A stretch of DNA of 64,000 nt from Paludibacteraceae bacterium. GTDB taxonomy: Bacteria; Bacteroidota; Bacteroidia; Bacteroidales; Paludibacteraceae. The notes under the pieces are model-generated. The model did not search any database. It saw only the letters and a program-made list of their open reading frames with translations, and had not been told where the DNA came from. Every line of letters begins with the position of its first letter. Position 1 is the first letter of the stretch. The stretch lies in assembly GCA_017448345.1 (NCBI GenBank), contig JAFSLP010000088.1:859-64858 (forward strand), in the 5' to 3' direction. Of the stretch, positions 52,681 to 59,385 are shown one piece after another. The position numbers and the translations under genes were made by a program.

Positions 52681-52860
52681 TTATTTGAAAGTGATTTGTA
52701 ACTCGACCCTCTTGTCAGGGTCTTGCCAGTAGTGATGCTTGTTTCGTTCGCGCTCATTCTCGTACTTAATTGCACGTTGAATAGCAGCCTTGACTACACG
52801 CAAGACATCTTGGTCAGAGACGCGCCCCCAATTCTGGACGCTGATGATGATTTCATTCAT
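52681..52860 (-). CDS. Small hypothetical protein (59 aa, below the ORF-track cut-off)
   Basis: Hand translation gives MNEIIISVQNWGRVSDQDVLRVVKAAIQRAIKYENERERNKHHYWQDPDKRVELQITFK. There is an ATGA overlap with the upstream gene's stop at 52857. Confidence 0.5.
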   Translation of the reverse strand: MNEIIISVQNWGRVSDQDVLRVVKAAIQRAIKYENERERNKHHYWQDPDKRVELQITFK

Positions 52861-53120
52861 GGCTGTTCCTCCTTTTTCGGTTGAGATAATCTAAACTCGA
52901 TGTCGGTTTCTACATGCACTTTGATATTCTCAATAGCACAATGCACGAAATAAACAAAAGCAACTGCTGTGTCTCTCATTGCTTTGTCGTGCGCTGGGTT
53001 GTCGCATGAGTTCAGGCGGAGATTGTCTATACTCTGTGCGCATTCGCTAATAGAGTTCAGCAGACCATACGCCTCGTCAGACAGGACAGGTTCGTCTGAG
53101 TTAATCAGATACTTTTTCAT
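52857..53120 (-). CDS. Hypothetical protein (87 aa)
   Basis: Clean ORF in a tightly packed operon. Confidence 0.5.
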   Translation of the reverse strand: MKKYLINSDEPVLSDEAYGLLNSISECAQSIDNLRLNSCDNPAHDKAMRDTAVAFVYFVHCAIENIKVHVETDIEFRLSQPKKEEQP

Positions 53121-53376
53121 ACTCTTCTAATCGTTTAAGCCATTTCTTCGGCAGGTTATGATACTTGATAATGATTTCATCGGACGACCACTCATTAAGG
53201 TACTCTTCGTATGCAACGAACTCCCATAGTTTCTGTCCGTTTTTGAGGAAGAGGACTGTGCCTGTGCGCAGGCTTCCGTCATCAAACCCCACAACTCGAC
53301 CGCCCTTTTCTTGGTACTCCTCCATCATCTGTTGAAGCCTTGCTTCGGAGATAGAGTATTTAACTTTGGCTGTCAT
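53101..53376 (-). CDS. Hypothetical protein (91 aa)
   Basis: Clean ORF that overlaps its neighbours by a few codons. Confidence 0.5.
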   Translation of the reverse strand: MTAKVKYSISEARLQQMMEEYQEKGGRVVGFDDGSLRTGTVLFLKNGQKLWEFVAYEEYLNEWSSDEIIIKYHNLPKKWLKRLEEYEKVSD

Positions 53377-53591
53377 AATTGCTCCTCATTTTTAATCATT
53401 TCACGATAGTTTTCTATACGGAACTCATGGTACTTGACCACTCCCTTATATATGAAGCAGTCTTTCCACGCCTTGCTATTCGCAAGCCGTTCTTTGGCAT
53501 CGGCAAGAGCCTCTTCGTGCATGTGTAATTGCTTGCGCATGTCTTCGAGACTCATGCCATCAGTCTTCCTGCGTTTCATCGGTCTGCCCAA
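53373..53591 (-). CDS. Hypothetical protein (72 aa)
   Basis: Charged and helical. ATGA-type overlap with the downstream gene. Confidence 0.45.
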   Translation of the reverse strand: MGRPMKRRKTDGMSLEDMRKQLHMHEEALADAKERLANSKAWKDCFIYKGVVKYHEFRIENYREMIKNEEQL

Positions 53592-54631
53592 TAGGTTCCG
53601 AAACTAATCTTGCTCACTCCGTATCTCTTTAGATAGGTTTGCAATCTCTTCTCGAACTTTGCGCGTTCGCTCTTCAAAATAGCAAGTGCTTTCTTGGCAT
53701 CGTTCTCCGTCATCCGATGGACGCAGTTGCGGGTGCGTGGGTCTTGCTCGTCCTCTCGCACTCTATGCTCTTCCATCATGCGCACCTCGTTCGCCCATCC
53801 AAGCAGACCTTTGGAACACCACTCATGCTCGTGGAATACCGGCACAAGTTCGTAGCCAAAGCGGTCTTTTCGCTCGGTCATTCCCTTAATGAGGTCGTCG
53901 TACTTATGCAGGTTCTGACGCAAGAAGTACTCCTTCTTGGTCTCGTCATTGTCCGTAACCTGCTTGTAGTACTCGTAGTTTGGACCCTCATCGTGAAACC
54001 AGAACGTGCCAGCGTCCACGTGCGGCTTGTCAAAGACAAGTATCACACCGCAGTCCGTCATCATTATTTCAGACGCATCCTTCATGTGGCGTTCGATAAA
54101 TTCTTGCCGACCATCTTCTGCCTTGCTGACGCGCAGCTTAAACTCCTCCCAAAGTGTCGCGTCTTTCTGCTGCTTGGGTGCTACTCCCAACTTAATTTGG
54201 TTGAATTGGATGAGACCTTTGAGTGCATCCAGTTTGGTCTTCGGAAATACCCATCCGGCACCGCACGTAAGCCTGCCGTTGAAGCGTCCGCCTAACTTTT
54301 TCAGAGAGTCTTTGATGGCGCGAGTCTCGCCTACTACTGCGATGCACTTGTCAGAATAGTCGATGATTTGCAGGTCAGCAGTCTGCTCTTCTTCCAATGC
54401 CGCCTTGATTTCGTTGAACTCTTCTTCGCCTATCCACTCGGACGCAGGGAAGCCGTCGGGCAGACCCTCCCAGTCCTGTATCATAAACTCGGGGTCGCTC
54501 TCGTTCTTATGCAACTCTCTGCACGCCTTCAGGAAGTCCTGATAAGTAGCGTAGTCCGACAGGTCAAGCCAGCCGCCCGCTAAACTTCCACCATTGTACT
54601 TTCCGTAAGTACCAACGTAACATCTTGCCAT
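53576..54631 (-). CDS. ArdA-like antirestriction N-terminal domain fused to an unknown C-terminal region (351 aa from the ATG at 54631)
   Basis: MARCYVGTYGKYNGGSLAGGWLDLSDY aligns with Tn916 ArdA VYIANLGKYNEGELVGAWFTFPID. About 270 further residues have no recognised motif. Confidence 0.6.
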   Translation of the reverse strand: MARCYVGTYGKYNGGSLAGGWLDLSDYATYQDFLKACRELHKNESDPEFMIQDWEGLPDGFPASEWIGEEEFNEIKAALEEEQTADLQIIDYSDKCIAVVGETRAIKDSLKKLGGRFNGRLTCGAGWVFPKTKLDALKGLIQFNQIKLGVAPKQQKDATLWEEFKLRVSKAEDGRQEFIERHMKDASEIMMTDCGVILVFDKPHVDAGTFWFHDEGPNYEYYKQVTDNDETKKEYFLRQNLHKYDDLIKGMTERKDRFGYELVPVFHEHEWCSKGLLGWANEVRMMEEHRVREDEQDPRTRNCVHRMTENDAKKALAILKSERAKFEKRLQTYLKRYGVSKISFGTYWADR

Positions 54632-54651
54632 AATCGTAATTGTTTTGATGG

Positions 54652-54996
54652 TTAATACTCCATTTCTTTTATCTCCCAATGCAATTTATCGCATGGAATT
54701 TTTGCTTCGATAACATAGGTCTTATGAGCATAAGAAAACACGACACCAAATGTACCGTTTTTATGAACAGATGCCCATGAATAGCCACAACTATACCCGT
54801 CAATAATAGGTGGTGCAAACCAATAGCAATCGCGTGACTCGCTGATAGCCCCTCTACAATAAGACCTGCCATCCCACTGACGACCGAACTTCCGACACAT
54901 CCACATGTCGAGACTCTTGCACGCGCTCTTGTACTCCGGCGAGATATTGCTACGCCATGCGGCTGTGCTTTGCAGACTTTCTTTTGTGTATTTCAT
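54652..54996 (-). CDS. Hypothetical Cys/Trp-rich protein (114 aa)
   Basis: Clean ORF. No motif recognised. Confidence 0.5.
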   Translation of the reverse strand: MKYTKESLQSTAAWRSNISPEYKSACKSLDMWMCRKFGRQWDGRSYCRGAISESRDCYWFAPPIIDGYSCGYSWASVHKNGTFGVVFSYAHKTYVIEAKIPCDKLHWEIKEMEY

Positions 54997-55011
54997 CGCT
55001 CATCCCCCCCC

Positions 55012-55395
55012 TCAAAAAATAGTTATCGAATAAACATAGCCAACACCGCCACGATACGCAACGGCATTGTTGCACTTCTCCCATTGTTCTCTTGGAAACA
55101 TCGGTGAATATCCCTCGTGGTTCAGCCAGCGTTTAAGCAGGTCGATGCAGTCTGTGTCCTCTTCGGATAATACAAACTGTTTCTTCTCCAAATCAATGCA
55201 GCGGAACGGTATCTGATAGCCGTTTGCACGCACTTGGTCCGGGTCGCTCTCCCATAACGAGTGCTGGTTGCGCTCAACGAAATCATCAGACGGTCTTCCA
55301 TGTTCATTCAGGTCGCTGCGGCGCACCTGATAACCGAGCCGTCTCCAATGTGCCGCAGACATATCCCACGGCGTGTAGAATTTTGGTTGTATCAT
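55012..55395 (-). CDS. Hypothetical protein (127 aa)
   Basis: Clean ORF. No motif recognised. Confidence 0.5.
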   Translation of the reverse strand: MIQPKFYTPWDMSAAHWRRLGYQVRRSDLNEHGRPSDDFVERNQHSLWESDPDQVRANGYQIPFRCIDLEKKQFVLSEEDTDCIDLLKRWLNHEGYSPMFPREQWEKCNNAVAYRGGVGYVYSITIF

Positions 55396-55595
55396 TACTT
55401 GCCCTCCTTATATTCTTTCCAAGACAGACGAAGACACATAGCAAGCAGGCAGCCGATGAAAGCCAACAGCACCTGCCACCATTCAAAGTGTCCGCATTGG
55501 ATGATTTGACCTACGAACAGCACCAAAAACAGCACCATTCCGAGACTGAAAAACAAGACCTGCGACAGTCCTGTGAACGGATTAAAGTCTTTCAT
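55395..55595 (-). CDS. Small two-helix membrane protein (66 aa)
   Basis: Hydrophobic helices LSQVLFFSLGMVLFLVLFV and WQVLLAFIGCLLAMCL. Confidence 0.45.
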   Translation of the reverse strand: MKDFNPFTGLSQVLFFSLGMVLFLVLFVGQIIQCGHFEWWQVLLAFIGCLLAMCLRLSWKEYKEGK

Positions 55596-55752
55596 TTTGT
55601 ATCTCCTCTCCTATATAATACGGCTTTTTTGCCGTGTCAAAGTCGAACGTGAACGCATCATATTCCGGATAATCAACCATAGTTTTCCTGCGTTTATAGT
55701 GTGCTCCCCACTCATTGCAGCAGGTGGCGGGTACGAACCGCCCATAGTTCAT
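55582..55752 (-). CDS. Possible small protein (56 aa, below the ORF-track cut-off)
   Basis: Hand translation gives MNYGRFVPATCCNEWGAHYKRRKTMVDYPEYDAFTFDFDTAKKPYYIGEEIQNERL. Its 3' end overlaps the next start. Confidence 0.3.
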   Translation of the reverse strand: MNYGRFVPATCCNEWGAHYKRRKTMVDYPEYDAFTFDFDTAKKPYYIGEEIQNERL

Positions 55753-55905
55753 ATTACCTGCTCTGAACCGGCAGAAAGCCGACCAACCACTCGCGTCCTA
55801 CCGACCTGTTGCTTCTACCAATTCAGTACGAACAGCTTGCGCCTCCTGATTGCGGTTTCCACTCATTCGCCAAAGCCTTGTCCGTTGGTCGGCGCTGCCA
55901 GTCTA

Positions 55906-56298
55906 TCATTCATACGCACTCGCTAAAGCCTTGGACGCTTTCGCTGCCGCCCTATCTGCTTTCGCCCTATTCACGGCATCCACATTAACCGCCTTGGCTA
56001 TGCGCTTTGCCCCGGAGTCCTGCACATTATAGATGATGTGCGTCACTTGGTCGCTCTCGTAGGTCGCCTTATCGGTCGGTACCTTACGCGGTTCGCCCTT
56101 GGAGTTCACGATGTCGAGCAGGAAGCACACGTAGCGTACGGAGACCTCTCCGTAGTCGTTGGTCTTCTGCACTTTCTCCATCTTCCACGCGCCATTATAC
56201 GCGACCGTGTCCTTGGCGATGGTCTCTGCACTTGCGGTTGCTACTGCTCCGAAGATGATTGCGCCCACGAGGGCAAAGGTAATCAAAAGTCGTTTCAT
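55906..56298 (-). CDS. Secreted protein with an N-terminal signal peptide (130 aa)
   Basis: MKRLLITFALVGAIIFGAVATASA, followed by a soluble domain. Confidence 0.55.
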   Translation of the reverse strand: MKRLLITFALVGAIIFGAVATASAETIAKDTVAYNGAWKMEKVQKTNDYGEVSVRYVCFLLDIVNSKGEPRKVPTDKATYESDQVTHIIYNVQDSGAKRIAKAVNVDAVNRAKADRAAAKASKALASAYE

Positions 56299-56428
56299 AA
56301 AGTCTCAAAGCGTCTGCCTATACTACGCTGGGTCTTAATAGATTAAACACAACGAAAGCCGCAGCACTTGCCACGGCTTTCCGCTCTCCGCCTGATGCCT
56401 GTTTATACTCGCGAAGTCGAGTGCGACC

Positions 56429-57001
56429 TTATTTTGCCAACTCTGCCAGCAGGTCATCGGTTGCAGCGATAAACGCCTCAACCATAACGGTCGTGAAGCC
56501 CCACGCGCTCTTCTCTTTCGGCACGAGTTCTACCTGTACCTCGTTCACGATAGGCTTGCCCTCTTCGTCCAGCGCGTCCACCTCTTTCTGGAAGCCGGAA
56601 GCGTAGGTGATGGTCTCTTTCTGCTTCTCCTGCATGGTGCGTACAATACGCCCGTCAAAGCAGTTCTCAACGGCGGTCTGCTCCTCGTCACCCGTGTAGC
56701 GATACGCCTTGATAGCACGCTCCAACTTGAACTTGCCTTCGGGGTCTTTCACCCAGTCCACGATGGTCGGCTTCGCGTGTCCGTTGTACACAACGTGCGG
56801 CATCTGCAATGCGTGCAGTTCCAGGAAGCGCTTCCAATTCGCGTCAATGACACTCGCCAACTTGTTATTGGCAGCTTTCAAATCCTTACGGATTTCACGC
56901 AATACGAACTCATAATTGAGCGTTCTTTTCTCGGTCTCCGAAATCAGAGATTTCAACGACTTAACGTCCTCCTCTTTGAGGGCTACAAATACGGTCTTCA
57001 T
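56429..57001 (-). CDS. Hypothetical protein, first gene of the rightmost early operon (190 aa from the ATG at 57001)
   Basis: The ORF-track start is a GTG at 57007, with an ATG two codons later. Hairpin repeat 1 begins 7 nt upstream of that ATG. Confidence 0.55.
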   Translation of the reverse strand: MKTVFVALKEEDVKSLKSLISETEKRTLNYEFVLREIRKDLKAANNKLASVIDANWKRFLELHALQMPHVVYNGHAKPTIVDWVKDPEGKFKLERAIKAYRYTGDEEQTAVENCFDGRIVRTMQEKQKETITYASGFQKEVDALDEEGKPIVNEVQVELVPKEKSAWGFTTVMVEAFIAATDDLLAELAK

Positions 57002-57007
57002 AATCAC

Positions 57008-57218
57008 AGCGGTTTACCTGCACCGCAAGGCTTTAAGATGAAACAATAAGTGCTGCTCAATCAGCATAGAAAGCGGGCAACGAACCAACGTCACCCGCCT
57101 ATTTTTGCCGTGGCGGTTAGCCTACACCGCAAGGGTCTACACGGCACAATCTCATAAGATGATAATTTTAGCGTTATTTACTACGTAACCATAGCGGTTT
57201 GCCTACACCGCAAGGATA
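57008..57218 (-). repeat. Three dispersed copies of a 26-nt hairpin motif (plus strand: GCGGT-N8-ACCGC-AAGG)
   Basis: Copies lie at 57008-57033, 57112-57137 and 57193-57218: agcggtttacctgcaccgcaaggc, ggcggttagcctacaccgcaaggg and agcggtttgcctacaccgcaagga. Confidence 0.85.
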
Positions 57219-58154
57219 GATATGGCTACGCCATTTTCCTTTTTAGGCATGTTCACCCATGCCTCTCCTTTCATACATTCATCGCTGCATAGTCGGAGTC
57301 GGTCTATACAGGGAGGGATTTCACCTCTGCGTGCGCGGTCTCCCCCTTGGGAAATATCGCCATTAGCCTTTCCTCGGCACACCTTTTTACACTCGTAGCC
57401 ATTGACACACTACACCATACTTTCAAAGACCGAAACCGCACAGCTTACGCTGCTAAACAAATACTCAGAATTTTACCCAACCTACTCCGTAGGTACTATA
57501 AGGGCTGCGCTATCCTTGCGCTACTTGCGACGTGCTTAGTACCTCATACGCTTTTATATATGTGCGCTGCCTACTACACTCCTCTCGTTACACGTCCGCC
57601 GTACTTGTGTCAGTTGTTCAATGTTCGCTTGTCATCTGATTGGCTCGCTTGCCTCTCGTTTGATGACGGTGCAATTATAAGGCTGCAAGCGCCTTTTTCC
57701 AAAACCGAGCACCCAAGGACACGACGCGAAATAAGGAACGAGCACGTGCCCATGTGAGGAGATTGTAACTCGTTGAAACACAGCAAGTTACAAAGAAAAT
57801 ACAAGCAAAATACAGCAGCGAAAAAACAAATGAACGAGCCTGCAAGGTGGGGGAGTACACACGAGGACTACCCTATACATGGTAGGGGTATATACTCATG
57901 TCTAACTCGCACAGTCACTACGAAAAACGGGATTTCCTCGCGCCTACGCGCACACGCCCAAGGCATACATTAAAATGCGGCACAATCGAGAGAGGGGGTA
58001 CACAAGGATTCCCGATGGCACTATGGAATAATCGAGACCTCACAAAATTTCGGATGGTATAGTATCGAAACTATACTATTCAGATAGTACATAGATAAGA
58101 TATATTACGTTTTTTACTAATACCCTTATAATAAGGGAGTTAGATTTTAAAAAT

Positions 58155-58193
58155 GTAACTGTATTAGTTACATAATGTAACAGGATTAGTTAC
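58155..58193. promoter_or_regulatory. Two tandem 17-bp palindromic operator-like sites (GTAAC-N7-GTTAC)
   Basis: gtaactgtattagttac (58155-58171) and gtaacaggattagttac (58177-58193), with a 22-bp period, lie just upstream of the 58220-58251 promoter. A related GTAAC-N19-GTTAC lies at 57765-57793. Confidence 0.5.
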
Positions 58194-58219
58194 AAATAGG
58201 GAGTTTTCATGCAGAAAAA

Positions 58220-58251
58220 TTTGCATATATGGAAAAAATGTAGTAATTTTG
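58220..58251 (+). promoter_or_regulatory. Plus-strand consensus promoter for the lipoprotein moron
   Basis: TTTG (58220-58223)-N20-TAATTTTG (58244-58251). The extended sequence ttgcatatatggaaaaaatgtagtaattttgcag is about 89 percent identical to the 43-bp end repeats. Confidence 0.6.
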
Positions 58252-58277
58252 CAGTCGGAAACCAAAATGAAAGCCCC

Positions 58278-58913
58278 ATGAAAGAGAGAAATTCAGTGAC
58301 CGCCGGACTATACGCGGTTGTAGTATGTGCCTTATTCACCATCGCGTGCGCGTTTATGTCTTGTAGTACGCCGGATAGCCACCTTAAAACTCACAAACAG
58401 GAGAGTAAACTATTTGCGGACGATTCATTGTCATGCAGCTGGTATACGTATGATGCTGTAGCACGCCTTTCGTCCTGTGTGAACGAGAGATTGTATTGCT
58501 ATACAGTATCTAAACTATATGATGCGGCACAATCGGTATTGCACGCGAAGATGTATTGCCCGGATTCTTTATTATTAGGTGATTATGACGAGGCTTTACG
58601 CGAGATTGTTATAGCGCAAAACATACTTATCAATGCGTATGGCGAATATAACGGTAAAGACATTATAAATATCGAGGAACTATCGGATGACATAGCAATG
58701 CAACTACAGATAGATATGAATAGTTGCGCCGGTGTTCACTCATCTACTCCTCTGTCAGCCGAGGAAATTCTATTCATGGCCGACTATATCCCCAAAAGCA
58801 CTCCACATATAAGTAAGGCGCTATTGCTTCTGTATGCAACCTATCAGAAAATCGACCCAAGGGCGCAGGAACAACTTGATATCATTAACGCGAGACCGAA
58901 AATAGACTGGTGA
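58278..58913 (+). CDS. Lipoprotein moron (211 aa from the ATG at 58278)
   Basis: It has the signal peptide plus lipobox LFTIACAFMSC. The ORF-track start at 58209 lies upstream of the promoter. Confidence 0.6.
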   Translation: MKERNSVTAGLYAVVVCALFTIACAFMSCSTPDSHLKTHKQESKLFADDSLSCSWYTYDAVARLSSCVNERLYCYTVSKLYDAAQSVLHAKMYCPDSLLLGDYDEALREIVIAQNILINAYGEYNGKDIINIEELSDDIAMQLQIDMNSCAGVHSSTPLSAEEILFMADYIPKSTPHISKALLLLYATYQKIDPRAQEQLDIINARPKIDW

Positions 58914-58920
58914 TAAAAAC

Positions 58921-58948
58921 AAAGGGCTACTCTCACGAGCTGCCCTTT
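58921..58948 (+). terminator. Possible terminator hairpin after the lipoprotein gene
   Basis: aaagggc...gcccttt forms a 7-bp outer stem with an inner ctc/gag pairing. The T-tract is weak. Confidence 0.35.
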
Positions 58949-59089
58949 GCTTCATTTAACCAAAATCTAATACCATGAAAAACACAATCCCTTCACCGGG
59001 TATAAGATGGGATATTTACGGGAGTCTAACACCGTTGTCACTTGCTTACCTGGCAAGGATTCTTTCTTTGAACTATAATATCCCAATGT

Positions 59090-59161
59090 TGCGGAAGCGA
59101 GATTCGAACTCGCGACCTCCAGCCTATGAGACTGGCGAGCTACCGCTGCTCTATTCCGCTG
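59090..59161 (-). tRNA. tRNA with a CAU anticodon (Met-type) and an unpaired 1:72 position
   Basis: Hand-folded cloverleaf:
- Acceptor agcggaa/ttccgca (A1 x A72).
- D arm gagc-agcggta-gctc.
- Anticodon arm ccagt-CTCATAG-gctgg.
- Variable region aggtc.
- T arm gcgag-ttcgaat-ctcgc.
- Discriminator A; CCA is not encoded. Confidence 0.75.
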
Positions 59162-59214
59162 TTTGTGTCCGCTGATGCGCTCAACGGACGAAGCCGATGC
59201 AAATTTTTTTTTGC

Positions 59215-59299
59215 GGAAGATGAAGGATTCGAACCTCCGGCACGTTGCCGTGCATCTCTTTAGCAAAGAGCCGCCATAGACCACTCGACCAATCTTCCA
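59215..59299 (-). tRNA. tRNA-Ser (GCU anticodon), type II with a long variable arm
   Basis: Hand-folded cloverleaf:
- Acceptor ggaagat/atcttcc.
- 3-bp D stem gtc/ggc.
- Anticodon loop TTGCTAA.
- Variable arm gcacg-gcaa-cgtgc.
- T arm ggagg-ttcgaat-ccttc.
- Discriminator G. Confidence 0.8.
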
Positions 59300-59306
59300 A
59301 TTTTGT

Positions 59307-59379
59307 TGCGGGAGAAGGATTCGAACCTCCGACCTCCGGGCCGTAACCCCGGCAAGCACTCCACTGCTCTATCCCGCGA
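59307..59379 (-). tRNA. tRNA with a UAC (Val) anticodon on an initiator-tRNA-like scaffold
   Basis: Hand-folded cloverleaf:
- Acceptor cgcggga/tcccgca with a C1 x A72 mismatch.
- D arm gagc-agtggagt-gctt, giving A11:U24.
- Anticodon arm ccggg-GTTACGG-cccgg, giving G29-G31:C39-C41.
- Variable region aggtc.
- T arm ggagg-ttcgaat-ccttc.
- Discriminator A. Confidence 0.75.
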
Positions 59380-59385
59380 TGGTAT

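Noticed and set aside
214-57218. A CRISPR array or retron among the repeats (the 11-bp tandem repeat, the three hairpin repeats)
   Set aside because: The repeat units are too short or too few and lack regular spacers. No cas genes are present. The only RT has the DGR signature and a clear TR/VR pair rather than an msr/msd structure.
57347-57973. ORFs of 61-136 aa inside the 1.2-kb gap (57347-57757 +, 57610-57804 -, 57675-57860 -, 57773-57973 +)
   Set aside because: Their translations are low-complexity and Arg/Leu/Cys-rich. They have no start context, they overlap each other in several frames, and none looks like a repressor. The region is treated as non-coding.
59090-59379. The tRNA cluster as the integration target (the classical tRNA 3'-end att site)
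   Set aside because: I found no partial tRNA duplicate (for example ttcgaatc... or the ...ccgca 3' ends) near either end of the phage region. In addition, the integrase lies on the 5' side of the cluster, with phage genes on both sides.
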